Assembly (NCBI GenBank): GCA_046291695.1 | Contig: JBKBSO010000011.1 | Location: 1,548-65,547, forward strand | Reading direction: 5' to 3' | DNA: 64,000 bases | Origin: Bacteroidia bacterium | Lineage (GTDB): Bacteria; Bacteroidota; Bacteroidia; UBA7662 | Shown here: one piece after another, positions 17,912 through 27,890 of the stretch | Layout of the letters: each line of letters opens with the position of its first letter | How positions within the stretch are numbered: the first letter of the stretch is position 1 | Program-made: the position numbers and the translations under genes | Notes under the pieces: generated by a model | What the model was told of the DNA's origin: nothing | Seen by the model: only the letters and a program-made list of their open reading frames with translations | Database searches by the model: none

Positions 17912-18468
17912 CTGATCCTCCTGGCGAAAAATTGTTGTTTGCTGTAATAGGCATCATTCAAATGATCAATACGTACACCTTTGCTGGTTGAAGCATGCAC
18001 AAATCGACCATTTTGCAAATAAACACCCACATGCGTCACTTTCTTGCTTCCATTGAATGAAAAAAAAACCAAATCTCCTGTTTTAAGTCTGTTTTTTCCA
18101 ATGCGTCGCGATTGGTCATGTAAACCTGAAGTAGTTCTACTCACCTCCATTTGATACACTTCTCGATAAAGCTGAAAAATAAAACCCGAGCAATCAACAC
18201 CCTGTTTAGAGCTACCTCCTAATCGATGAGGCACTCCATACCATGCATCGATAAAACGATACATAGCAAGCTGCGATTTTGGTGGACGTTCTCCAAGTTG
18301 ACCTTCATATTTGTCTAACAACGCCTTATCAGCTTGTGCTGAAGTGCGCGTGGATCGACTACTTCCACAGGAAATTAGAAAAAGACCAAATACACCAATT
18401 AATAAACATCGAAACATGCTCGAATATAAAGACCTGCTTGGCGTTGTTATACCATATTTATCAACCAA
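17908..18468 (-). CDS. NlpC/P60 (C40) family peptidoglycan endopeptidase lipoprotein.
   Basis: Lipobox LISCG. Catalytic Cys in GVDCSGF, plus H...H downstream. Confidence 0.7.
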   Translation of the reverse strand: MVDKYGITTPSRSLYSSMFRCLLIGVFGLFLISCGSSRSTRTSAQADKALLDKYEGQLGERPPKSQLAMYRFIDAWYGVPHRLGGSSKQGVDCSGFIFQLYREVYQMEVSRTTSGLHDQSRRIGKNRLKTGDLVFFSFNGSKKVTHVGVYLQNGRFVHASTSKGVRIDHLNDAYYSKQQFFARRIR

Positions 18469-18828
18469 TTAACCTTTCCTATGGGCCAAATCAAGGCTAA
18501 AAGCAGGAATACACACCGACCAATACTCAACTTCCTCATCAAAAGGATTACTGTATCGAACTTTTGAACCCTTTTCTACCAGAATGGCTTTACCGGCATC
18601 CAAAACCACCAGCTCGCCATCAATTTCAAACTGCTTACTTCCACGAATTACTATGGTGATTTCGTCAAAATCTGGCATCTGTAGTGGTTCTGACCAGCCT
18701 GGCGGCGCGACCATATGCGCCAGACTAAAATTCGTATTTCGTGAACTGGCTCTTCCGAAATGTTCTTCGATGAGTTTGCCATCGGTGGTTGGTACCAGAA
18801 ATGGTTTGTCAGTAATTCGATACGGCAT
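18469..18828 (-). CDS. Cupin-domain protein.
   Basis: Small β-barrel pattern. 119 aa. Confidence 0.4.
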   Translation of the reverse strand: MPYRITDKPFLVPTTDGKLIEEHFGRASSRNTNFSLAHMVAPPGWSEPLQMPDFDEITIVIRGSKQFEIDGELVVLDAGKAILVEKGSKVRYSNPFDEEVEYWSVCIPAFSLDLAHRKG

Positions 18829-18839
18829 TATTTGAAAAT

Positions 18840-19664
18840 TTAAGGCTGCCCGTATTCCGAGGCAAATCTCTTTGCTACTGGAATATAATTTTTTAAATCT
18901 TTGATGCGCTGCTCATTGCTTGGGTGCGAGCTAACAAATACTGGGGGCTGAGCTCCACCACTTAAAGCAGCCATACGTTCCCAAAATTCCGGTGCCTTAT
19001 CTGGATTAAAGCCTGCCATGGCCATAAATACCAACCCAAGTCTATCCGCTTCGGTTTCATGCTTACGGCTAAAAGGCAAAAGTACTCCTACAGTTGCCCC
19101 GGCACCATAGGCTTGCATAAATAAATTCTGCGTGGCTTCGGGCTGACTACTGGTAGCTACCGACAAGGCTACAGCACCCATTTGTGCCATCAAACCCTGA
19201 CTCATTCGCTCATTTCCGTGTTGAGCTACAGCGTGCGCCACCTCATGCCCCATTACCACGGCTAATCCATCATCATCTAAGCAAACGGGCAATATGCCCG
19301 AATAGAATACTACTTTTCCGCCTGGCATGCACCAGGCATTTACTGTTGGATCATCAACCAAGGTAAATTCCCAGGCAAAGTCCTTGAGTTTATCCTCCAT
19401 TTTATTTTTACGGTAAAAATGCTCAACCGCAGCAGCAATTTGCTGGCCTATACGTTCAACCCGCTGAGCATCTTGAGTCCCTTTAAGTACCTTAGCATCA
19501 GCCAAAAATTTACGGTACTCCTGTTCACTCATATTTACCAATTCCGATTCACGTATAAGGGTCATTTGCTTTCGACCGGTAATGGGCACTTTTTTGCAGG
19601 CACTAAGACCTAAACACAAGAGTGAAATAAACCAAATTATTCTCATATCATTCAATAATAGCAC
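18840..19664 (-). CDS. M48-family zinc metallopeptidase lipoprotein. The start is probably the internal MRIIW...
   Basis: HEXXH in VVMGHEVAHAVAQHG with a downstream E...D. Lipobox LSAC. Confidence 0.7.
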   Translation of the reverse strand: MLLLNDMRIIWFISLLCLGLSACKKVPITGRKQMTLIRESELVNMSEQEYRKFLADAKVLKGTQDAQRVERIGQQIAAAVEHFYRKNKMEDKLKDFAWEFTLVDDPTVNAWCMPGGKVVFYSGILPVCLDDDGLAVVMGHEVAHAVAQHGNERMSQGLMAQMGAVALSVATSSQPEATQNLFMQAYGAGATVGVLLPFSRKHETEADRLGLVFMAMAGFNPDKAPEFWERMAALSGGAQPPVFVSSHPSNEQRIKDLKNYIPVAKRFASEYGQP

Positions 19665-19968
19665 TTAATCCTTCTTCCAGTAAAGCTTCACACTTCGGAC
19701 GTAACTCATCAAAACATCCTGTTTTCACTTGACACTTTCCTTTATAGTGAGTGATCCAGGCGCACTGCTCTGCCTGTATCGTACTATGTCCACAATATTT
19801 CACTAAACAGTTAATTACATGATCGAATGTATTTACATGGTCGTTATAAAGCACTATCGACAATAGCTCGTCTTCGCGTTCAAGCACATCTGATTCAACC
19901 TGCGGTCGAATCTTGGGGTTAGAGGCTCCTTTTGGAGGAAAATATGTGTATGGCTTTTTCATCTCCAT
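19648..19968 (-). CDS. clpS: ATP-dependent Clp protease adaptor ClpS. The 5' end overlaps plsY, so the real start is probably downstream.
   Basis: ClpS core LYNDHVNTFDHVI..L...C. ~100 aa. Confidence 0.7.
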   Translation of the reverse strand: MEMKKPYTYFPPKGASNPKIRPQVESDVLEREDELLSIVLYNDHVNTFDHVINCLVKYCGHSTIQAEQCAWITHYKGKCQVKTGCFDELRPKCEALLEEGLSAIIE

Positions 19969-20563
19969 TCAACAATCTACGGATATTTTTTCGATGCGTA
20001 TACAAAATTAAACTAAACTGAAGCAATGCAAAAACGACCATGGCCGTGCGTTCATCTTTGAAAACCAATAATATAAGTACCGCAAAGGCTAAAGATGCAG
20101 CCATACTGCCCAAAGACACATAATTCCAAACACCATAAATCACTACAAACACCAAAAAACTTATTCCCGCCGCTGGAGGGTGCAGACCGATAATCATGCC
20201 GAACATGGTTGCTACTCCTTTTCCTCCTCTAAAACTTGCAAATACCGGAAACAAATGACCTAGCACGGCTAAAGAGCCACAAACAACCTTAGTAAGCACA
20301 AAAAAGCTGGTATCGCGGGCTAGTAAATCGGGATACAAGTGTATAAGGGAAGTAGCTGTAAAGCCCTTCAAAATATCAATCAGCAGGACAGGAAAAGCCG
20401 CTCTTCGTCCCAACACACGATATGTATTGGTGGCACCGGCATTATGGCTCCCATGGTCCCTAACATCAATGCCATAAAACAACTTTCCTAACCAAACTGC
20501 CGTTGGTATAGAACCCAATAAATATGCTGCCAAATAAAATGGAAGTACTTCTGAAACAAACAT
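19919..20563 (-). CDS. plsY: Glycerol-3-phosphate acyltransferase PlsY.
   Basis: GSIPTAVWLGK...HGSHNAGATN...FRGGKGVAT. Polytopic membrane protein, 214 aa. Confidence 0.8.
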   Translation of the reverse strand: MFVSEVLPFYLAAYLLGSIPTAVWLGKLFYGIDVRDHGSHNAGATNTYRVLGRRAAFPVLLIDILKGFTATSLIHLYPDLLARDTSFFVLTKVVCGSLAVLGHLFPVFASFRGGKGVATMFGMIIGLHPPAAGISFLVFVVIYGVWNYVSLGSMAASLAFAVLILLVFKDERTAMVVFALLQFSLILYTHRKNIRRLLNGDEKAIHIFSSKRSL

Positions 20564-20576
20564 CTTAATCTAAATC

Positions 20577-23500
20577 TTATTCTCCTAGCCAGTTGGCATA
20601 GCGACTTACTAAACGATCCTTATTTTGGGTAATGCCCATCGAAACCTTGTTGCCTAAACCTTTTTTCTTCTTTTTACCCAATCCCTTTTTTACGGTTTCA
20701 TTAAACTCCATCATGCTCGACACCGGATAGACACGACCCGTTCGGTAATTAAAGAAAAAGTACAGTTCGTTACTTGGTTCGAAAAGAATGTTCATAGTTC
20801 GACCAGTGGGCAAAATCTGTATTTCAAAAATGCCATTCAAACGCTTTCCAATGATTTCCCCGTTCAAGTTCGATAAACCAATTGTTTCTTTTGATCGGAA
20901 CGAACGAGTATCGGAATCCCAACCTAAAGCTAGATTGCTGAAAATCATTACATAATCAGTGGTAGAGGTATTAGGAATTGTGCCATACGCATCAATAGAA
21001 GTTAATACACGCTCCCTATCCCTACCTTCGAGCATATTAGCAAAAGCAATCCGTACATAGTCTTGATCATTATTTACGTCCTCCGCACCAAAGCTATAGT
21101 CAATCAATTGATTATAGAAAATTTTCAACGACTCATCTGGCAATAGTATATCTAACATGAGCGATAAATACAAATCTGTTTGCCCTAGCATGTACTTTTG
21201 TTGTAATTCACCACCACTTAAGAAACGAATTGGTTCTTTGTTGAATCCAAGCCGTATATTTCCCCTGGCGGTTACCATTTGACGCTGCTTGCTAATACGA
21301 ATAAGGTTGCCTGTACCTTCCTCATTCAAAATTAATTTTTCTGGCCCAATCGAATAGGTCATGGTAGATTCTTCATAATGAACAATACCTGCTGCTTCAA
21401 TCAAGACCGAATCGCTGCTCGCTATTTTTGAGCCCCCAATACTGGTGTACACCTGAGAGCTGCCAATATTAAGCATTACAGCAGTAAATATCCTTCTGTT
21501 TTGCTCATCCTTAAATTCGGGGACCTGTATGTAGGTATCCTTAGGGTCAAACTCGCTATTAAATCGGAAAGGCTGGTGCCTGATGGTATCATCGAGTGCT
21601 GTTAATCGTACCGATCCATTAAAATTAAGTGCCTTTTTCTCACTACTAACAACAACTCCTCCATAAAAAGCAAAACCTGGATTTAGCATAAAACTCGAAT
21701 CAGGGGATATGGTACCGCTCGCGGTACTAATGCCCTTTATGTTCGGACGTATGATATTCAAGTAAATTGACTGCTTCTTTTTATTAATATCGATATAATC
21801 ATATTTGCCTTCTCCTTCATACCGCTTTCTTCCCAAAATATCAATAGTGGCACCATATACCTGATGCTCTTGCTTCACTGAGTCAAAAATCAATTTAGCC
21901 TGTTGTAAAGGAAACATCTTAGCTTCTTTAGTCACCATGGCCTTACCACTATCCGGAATAACAATGGCATCGGCCGTGCGCATCTCCGGAATACCTCTTA
22001 AGTCAAGGTCAAAAATATTTAGATCCATTGCACCGTAAGCAGCCATAAAATTAAAACCATCCTGTCCGGGATGTTCTGAGCGGAAAGTTGTTTTAGGGTC
22101 TTTAAGATCGGCCTTCGAACCAAGAAGCAGCTTGTTGTTTCGTAAATCCCATTCTAAATCGGCCAACCTGGCGCTATATTCATTGTAGGGCAACGCTACA
22201 CGGGTAAAACCAAGTCGATTTTTAAAAGTCCCATAGCGTTTGACAAAGTCAATTTCCCCCTCTAAATCATCAGTCTTCAACGCCAATACATTGGGTGTAT
22301 TGGAGGCAATTTCCAAACGTATTTGCTCAGAAGATGCTTTCACCTGCTCAAAAGCGAATGTGCGACTCATTGCCTTATCTCGACCATACAGGATGGTGCC
22401 ATCGGCATATAACTGCTGAGGGGTGTAGGTAAGATCCCCTTCAAACAAAGCTATACCATCATAAACCTCAAAGGGAGAAACGCCACGGTAAACCATCATA
22501 CTATCCGCAAAAGGCTTCCAAAGCATACCTGTTTCAACAGCTTTTACCGTCGGATACGATGTATTACCATAACTTCCTTTTTTGATGTCATAGGTTTCGA
22601 GTTGGGCAGAAGTATTTTCAGGACGGAAATAAAAATTATTCGACTTGCTAGTAGAACTCAAGTATTGTAAGCTCCCGTATCCATGTAAACCTTGACGGTC
22701 AAGTGTAATGTTGTTGGTATAAGTCCCCTTCCCACCGTACATCGGGTAACCTGTAGTTGGAGTAAATGTGGTGAAACCGAGTGAAAAATCGTCTTGGAAA
22801 CGCAAATCCTCTCTAAGTTCAGGGAAAATCCCAGAAACAAGCGTGCCTTTCAATTTTAACCGCTTTGTAGAGCCGGCAAAATCTAAACTATCCAGCACAA
22901 AAGGATCAACCCTAAAAAAGAATCGATCACGTGTATAAACCCCATTTTGTATGTCAGGTTTATCGTAGTACACATAAGACTCTTGCAAACTCTCGAAATA
23001 GGGATATTTCCAAATAGGTCGGCGCCCCGATTTATTGCCAGGGTAATCGATATGCAATACTCCAGTGATATTCTCCAAAGCATTTTCGATGCGTTTGAGG
23101 ATGGGTTGACCTCTACCATCAATTTGACCCGTCATTACTGAAAATCGCATGGAATCAACATTCTGCATGCGAACTGCAAAACTGTCATAATTAAAAGTAA
23201 AACCATCACCATAAAAATCTAGCGTACCTGAGTGCACATGCCCCGAAAACTCCATACCCCTATTTTTCGTGATCAGCATTTTCCTTCCCGTTGGCACCGC
23301 AAAAACCGTATGTGTATCACTGAGAATCACCACATTCACCCCGTTAATCATCAATTCACGGGTAGCAATATTCAAAACCGCATTGCTCTCTTGACTTGTC
23401 TTTGAAACAAATTTGATAATGTCATAATCAATACGACCAGCACTAGCGGTGTTGTAATGGTAAAGTTTTTTAAGTAAGGTAATCTCTTCTTCTTCCCTGT

Positions 23501-24980
23501 CGTAATAAATAAATCCCTGATTCGCCAAATCAATCAACAATTGACGTACCGAGTTAAGCGGCAGCTTCATAAATGCCGCGAATCCCGCAGATGGAAAATA
23601 ATTCTCACCGGTTTGACGACCATACTGATACAAGCGAACCAAGGGATTATAGGTAGCATAACCTTGCGCAGCCAAGTATTCGCGCTGGTCAAAAAAATCT
23701 TTGGACGTGAATACAGCAATCGCTTCGCTCAAGCCGGTTTGCATCTTAAATTCCATGAATGGATCATCAATTTTCCAACTTAAGGCCTCGCAATAAGTAT
23801 CGAGCTGATGATAGGAATTTGAAAATGGTATTTTGTTGATTGAACCTGGCTCCAAAAACAATAGCAACTTCCGGTCAACCGTAGTAAAACGCATGGCTAT
23901 ACCAGGATGATATATACTGTCTTTATTTAGCACTACATTAACTTCGGCATTCGCGGAATAAATCTCTGTTTTACGTATGGCAAATTGTTGAGAAAGCGCC
24001 TTTACTGTGGTGGTGTCGTTTTTATAAATAAACACCTCAGCAGGTTGTTGGCGGGTCCCTACAGCCAGATAGCGATTTCCATTTAAAGCATACTTTCCCC
24101 TAATACTTACATTTTTGAATACATTTTCCAGTCTTAATTCACCTTCATAAGAAGAAAAACGAGGATAACTCAGGTTATCGGGGTTAAGGTTTGCCGTACA
24201 CTTATCTTGTAAACGGCCTTGGATAAATTTCCCTAAACCCTGATTATAAAAATCAACAGAATCTGCTTCAAACTGAAATTGTTTAAGGTTTACCCGATAC
24301 TGATTAAGGTTAGCATAAATAGAATCTGTCTTGAAGCCAGCACGTTGCCAATCGACCACACCCTGATCTCCAACAAATACTTGATCAACCGGATACCATA
24401 TACCCGAAGTTTGTCGGATAACTATTGAGTCATTATAATATTGACAACGCAAATCAAGGGCAGGGAAACGCACCAATACCTGATTGTCCTCAAATTCAAA
24501 TTTATAGGCTGGTGCGTAAACCTGCCACTGTATGGCATTGGAGTAGTAAATAGCACTTTGACTGTAAAAATCGGTACTCGAACGTACAAATTGATCGATG
24601 GAACGTTGATTAAGGGTCAGCACCCTATTGTAAATGTTGTGCCAGTCATAAAACTGCGTAGCCGATTGATCGGTAGCTTTAAGCTGCTGAAGCAGTGTAA
24701 GATAATTTCCAAAGTACGGATAAATAGGCAAACGCTTGCGCTTCATTTCATTGGCTGTGCGAATAATCAGGTCGCGTTGTGCATCAATGTATTCTGAATT
24801 CCACGACCTGCTAAACTCGTTCGCAAGTTTCTTGTAATCGTCACGCTTAGCCGTATTCAGCTGTTCAGAAAGTTCCTTGATAAACAGCTCATAACTATTT
24901 GAAAATTGCGTACGAATTTGAGCTTGCACCCACGAAGTACAGCATAAAAACACAAAAACAAGGATCAGCCTCTTTTGCAT
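20577..24980 (-). CDS. Large (~1467 aa) secreted protein of unknown function. The start is taken as the internal MQKRLILVFVFL... signal peptide.
   Basis: Cleavable signal peptide (..SWVQAQ), no recognisable catalytic motifs, Lys-run (GLGKKKKKGLGNK) near the C-terminus. Embedded in the tpiA-prmA-...-plsY gene string. Confidence 0.5.
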   Translation of the reverse strand: MQKRLILVFVFLCCTSWVQAQIRTQFSNSYELFIKELSEQLNTAKRDDYKKLANEFSRSWNSEYIDAQRDLIIRTANEMKRKRLPIYPYFGNYLTLLQQLKATDQSATQFYDWHNIYNRVLTLNQRSIDQFVRSSTDFYSQSAIYYSNAIQWQVYAPAYKFEFEDNQVLVRFPALDLRCQYYNDSIVIRQTSGIWYPVDQVFVGDQGVVDWQRAGFKTDSIYANLNQYRVNLKQFQFEADSVDFYNQGLGKFIQGRLQDKCTANLNPDNLSYPRFSSYEGELRLENVFKNVSIRGKYALNGNRYLAVGTRQQPAEVFIYKNDTTTVKALSQQFAIRKTEIYSANAEVNVVLNKDSIYHPGIAMRFTTVDRKLLLFLEPGSINKIPFSNSYHQLDTYCEALSWKIDDPFMEFKMQTGLSEAIAVFTSKDFFDQREYLAAQGYATYNPLVRLYQYGRQTGENYFPSAGFAAFMKLPLNSVRQLLIDLANQGFIYYDREEEEITLLKKLYHYNTASAGRIDYDIIKFVSKTSQESNAVLNIATRELMINGVNVVILSDTHTVFAVPTGRKMLITKNRGMEFSGHVHSGTLDFYGDGFTFNYDSFAVRMQNVDSMRFSVMTGQIDGRGQPILKRIENALENITGVLHIDYPGNKSGRRPIWKYPYFESLQESYVYYDKPDIQNGVYTRDRFFFRVDPFVLDSLDFAGSTKRLKLKGTLVSGIFPELREDLRFQDDFSLGFTTFTPTTGYPMYGGKGTYTNNITLDRQGLHGYGSLQYLSSTSKSNNFYFRPENTSAQLETYDIKKGSYGNTSYPTVKAVETGMLWKPFADSMMVYRGVSPFEVYDGIALFEGDLTYTPQQLYADGTILYGRDKAMSRTFAFEQVKASSEQIRLEIASNTPNVLALKTDDLEGEIDFVKRYGTFKNRLGFTRVALPYNEYSARLADLEWDLRNNKLLLGSKADLKDPKTTFRSEHPGQDGFNFMAAYGAMDLNIFDLDLRGIPEMRTADAIVIPDSGKAMVTKEAKMFPLQQAKLIFDSVKQEHQVYGATIDILGRKRYEGEGKYDYIDINKKKQSIYLNIIRPNIKGISTASGTISPDSSFMLNPGFAFYGGVVVSSEKKALNFNGSVRLTALDDTIRHQPFRFNSEFDPKDTYIQVPEFKDEQNRRIFTAVMLNIGSSQVYTSIGGSKIASSDSVLIEAAGIVHYEESTMTYSIGPEKLILNEEGTGNLIRISKQRQMVTARGNIRLGFNKEPIRFLSGGELQQKYMLGQTDLYLSLMLDILLPDESLKIFYNQLIDYSFGAEDVNNDQDYVRIAFANMLEGRDRERVLTSIDAYGTIPNTSTTDYVMIFSNLALGWDSDTRSFRSKETIGLSNLNGEIIGKRLNGIFEIQILPTGRTMNILFEPSNELYFFFNYRTGRVYPVSSMMEFNETVKKGLGKKKKKGLGNKVSMGITQNKDRLVSRYANWLGE

Positions 24981-24981
24981 A

Positions 24982-25806
24982 TCACTGCTTTGTAAATAAG
25001 ACGGTTGCCCAGTTATTTTCGCTGCTTTCACGTTCAAAAATAAAACTATTTAACGTAGCACTTTCCCGGATAATATCAACATCCTCCGTATAAAAGCCGC
25101 TACATACCATAATGCCATTCTTTTTGAGATGTCGTGCATAGATTTGTAAATCGCGTTGTATGATATTGCGATTGATATTTGCTAAGATCACATCAAAAAT
25201 CCCAGTTATTTTCGAGGCATCGCCGAGAATAACCTCCATAGCTACTTCATTTCGACTTGTATTTTCCAGGGAATTCTCCACCGCCCATCCTTCAATGTCA
25301 ATCCCGATTACTTTTGCAGCGCCTAGTTTAGCAGCCAGAATGCCTAATACTCCGGTACCACACCCCATATCGAGTACCGCTTTATCTTTAAATTCAAGTG
25401 TTTTCATCAAGCGTATAATGCCTGCCGTAGTCCCATGATGCCCCGTACCGAATGACATTTTCGGCTCAATTACCAGCTCATGTTCAAAGCCTTCATAACT
25501 CCCATGAAATGGGGCACGAATACATACAAAGTCATCTATAAAAACAGGTTCGTACTGACTTTCCCATACAGCATTCCAGTTTTTCTGTTCCTCAGCAACT
25601 GGTCCTGTTGCTTTTTGAACAAATTCTGCATAATGAGTTAGTAGTTGTTCGTAAGCTCGCTGATCAAACGATTCTTGCTTCACCCAAGCCAATAGTTTTC
25701 CAAACTGGGCATCATCAAACATATCAAAGCCGATTTCCCCAAGCTCGGCAAGCAATACTTCCTTGTAAAGCTCTTCAACCTCTAATTCAATCCGATAATA
25801 CAGCAT
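24982..25806 (-). CDS. prmA: Ribosomal protein L11 methyltransferase.
   Basis: SAM-binding motif LDMGCGTGVLGI and PrmA architecture. 274 aa. Confidence 0.75.
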   Translation of the reverse strand: MLYYRIELEVEELYKEVLLAELGEIGFDMFDDAQFGKLLAWVKQESFDQRAYEQLLTHYAEFVQKATGPVAEEQKNWNAVWESQYEPVFIDDFVCIRAPFHGSYEGFEHELVIEPKMSFGTGHHGTTAGIIRLMKTLEFKDKAVLDMGCGTGVLGILAAKLGAAKVIGIDIEGWAVENSLENTSRNEVAMEVILGDASKITGIFDVILANINRNIIQRDLQIYARHLKKNGIMVCSGFYTEDVDIIRESATLNSFIFERESSENNWATVLFTKQ

Positions 25807-25808
25807 GC

Positions 25809-26573
25809 CTAAATGTTGGCTTTTACAATTTCCGTAAAATCGCGCGATTTTAACGAGGCTCCTCCAATTAAGCCACCATCGATATCGGGCATGGCAAATA
25901 GTTGCTTTGCGTTGGCTGCATTTACAGATCCACCGTATAAAATACTTATACCATTAGCCGCTTGTGCCCCAAAATAATTACGTATCCAACCCCTAATGAG
26001 TGCATGAACTTCTTGTGCCTGCTCCGGACTGGCCGTAAGTCCGGTTCCAATGGCCCATACTGGCTCATAAGCCAAAATTATTCGTGAAATATCTTCATTG
26101 GAAAGGCCATCAAGTGCAGCTAACTGCTCAACAATCACCTCCTCTACCCGATTTTCAAGTCGCTCTTCTTTAAGCTCACCAATACAATAAATGGGTGAGA
26201 GTCCTGCTGATAGGGCTTGATCAATCTTAGCGCGGCAAAGTTTATTGGTTTCTTGATGATATTGTCTACGCTCGCTATGTCCTACCAATACATATTCTGC
26301 CCCTGTACTCTTGACCATTTGAGCAGAGACCTCTCCAGTAAAGGCTCCGGAACCATAAGCACTGCAATCTTGAGCACCAGTAGCCATGTTGGGTTGTCCG
26401 GTACATAAACTGGCTATCGCATGCACATGAACAAAGGGCGGTATGAGAATGGTTAATACCTCTCCAATTGCTTCACTACCTACCATAGGAATTATCTCCG
26501 AAGCCAGACTTAATCCTTCTTCGAAGTTCTTGTTCATTTTCCAGTTTCCAGCGACTATTTTCTTGCGTTTCAT
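25809..26573 (-). CDS. tpiA: Triosephosphate isomerase.
   Basis: AGNWKMN, LVGHSERR, YEPVWAIGTG, GGSV. Confidence 0.9.
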   Translation of the reverse strand: MKRKKIVAGNWKMNKNFEEGLSLASEIIPMVGSEAIGEVLTILIPPFVHVHAIASLCTGQPNMATGAQDCSAYGSGAFTGEVSAQMVKSTGAEYVLVGHSERRQYHQETNKLCRAKIDQALSAGLSPIYCIGELKEERLENRVEEVIVEQLAALDGLSNEDISRIILAYEPVWAIGTGLTASPEQAQEVHALIRGWIRNYFGAQAANGISILYGGSVNAANAKQLFAMPDIDGGLIGGASLKSRDFTEIVKANI

Positions 26574-26584
26574 GTGTATGCGAT

Positions 26585-27796
26585 TTATGATTTTTCTTTA
26601 AATTCCCAACTTCTGTACGCCGATGTTTCATCGTATACCGCTTTGAGTATTTGTAGTTCCAATTCATCGAGCGGAATCCCGCGTCGTTCCATTACTTTTT
26701 GTGCAGTTTGGCAGAATTTATTGAATCTAAATGTTTCTATTCCCTGGGCACCACCCCAACAAAACGAGGGCAAAAAGTTTCGAGGAAAGCCTGATCCGAA
26801 AATATTAGCCCCTACTCCAACCACAGTACCAGTATTAAACATGGTATTTATGCCGCATTTGGCATGATCGGCCATCATTAAGCCCGCAAACTGCAGTCCA
26901 GTCGACCGAAATCGCCCTGTGGGATAGTCCCATAATTTAACCATTTCATAGTTATTTTTGAGATTAGAATTATTGGTATCAGCCCCCCAATTACACCATT
27001 CTCCAATAACCGAATTCCCCATATAGCCATCGTGCCCCTTATTGGAATACCCAAAAATCACGGAATTAGTCACTTCCCCTCCTACCTTACAATGAGGGCC
27101 AAAGCTGGAGTCTCCATAAATCTTCGCCCCCATTTTTATCGTGCTATGTGCTCCAAGGCTAAAAGGGCCTTTAATGATGGCGCCTTCCATAACTTCTGAC
27201 TCTTTTCCAATGTAAACCGGACCATTCGATGCGTTGATAACTGCACAGCATAGTTTCGCGCCAGGCTCAATAAATATTTGCTCAGGATTAATCAAGCGGT
27301 TCGTTTCATCTACAATAGCCGTCTTTCTCCCACCCGTAATGTGTTTAAAATCATTCTTGATCTCATCTCCATTCAAACGGAATACATCTTCAGGATAATT
27401 CAAAACGGGGGTATCGAGCACTAAAAGCCGTTTACGGTAACCGGCGGCATCAAGTGCTTCCACCTCAAACTTATCAATGGGTACTCCCGACCTCACGGCC
27501 ATTACCCGTTTTTCCGTAGTTAGCATTTCGCCTAAACCCAGACTAAAAATCGCTTTTAATAAGTCCTCGGTTGGAAAAGCAGCTCCATTGATATACACAT
27601 TATCCTCGCGCAATATCTCGGGGAATTTGCCTTGTAAATACGTGCGATAAGGCTTAAAACTAACCGAATGGCCAAGATGATACTCCCATTTTTCGCGTAG
27701 TGTCCATATCCCCACCAGAAACGTACCTACCGGGCGGGTATATGTAAATGGTAGCAGCTGCTCAGAATACTTGTCATCGAAAAGGATGTAATTCAT
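26585..27796 (-). CDS. GlmU-like sugar-phosphate nucleotidyltransferase with a C-terminal left-handed β-helix (hexapeptide repeat) domain.
   Basis: N-terminal NTP-transferase-like fold, then hexapeptide repeats (IGKESEVMEGAII.., IGEWCNWGADTN..). 403 aa. Confidence 0.55.
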   Translation of the reverse strand: MNYILFDDKYSEQLLPFTYTRPVGTFLVGIWTLREKWEYHLGHSVSFKPYRTYLQGKFPEILREDNVYINGAAFPTEDLLKAIFSLGLGEMLTTEKRVMAVRSGVPIDKFEVEALDAAGYRKRLLVLDTPVLNYPEDVFRLNGDEIKNDFKHITGGRKTAIVDETNRLINPEQIFIEPGAKLCCAVINASNGPVYIGKESEVMEGAIIKGPFSLGAHSTIKMGAKIYGDSSFGPHCKVGGEVTNSVIFGYSNKGHDGYMGNSVIGEWCNWGADTNNSNLKNNYEMVKLWDYPTGRFRSTGLQFAGLMMADHAKCGINTMFNTGTVVGVGANIFGSGFPRNFLPSFCWGGAQGIETFRFNKFCQTAQKVMERRGIPLDELELQILKAVYDETSAYRSWEFKEKS

Positions 27797-27864
27797 GACT
27801 GCTAAAATACGGAAGGCTTACTATAGTCGGGCATCAAAATTATCCGCATTGCGTTCATAAAAAA

Positions 27865-27890
27865 AACCGGTCTTTCGACCGGCTTTTTTA
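27865..27890. terminator. Bidirectional terminator abutting the clpC stop codon.
   Basis: CCGGTC-TTTC-GACCGG flanked by A8 and T6. Confidence 0.6.

Noticed and set aside
19919-19968. 50-nt overlap between the plsY end and the clpS start.
   Set aside because: Probably an artefact of taking the longest ORF. ClpS probably starts at a downstream (possibly non-ATG) codon. It is not evidence of a frameshift or fusion.
24980-25037. N-terminal 19-aa extension of the 1486-aa ORF overlapping prmA.
   Set aside because: The internal MQKRLILVFVFL... is a canonical signal peptide, and the true start is almost certainly there.
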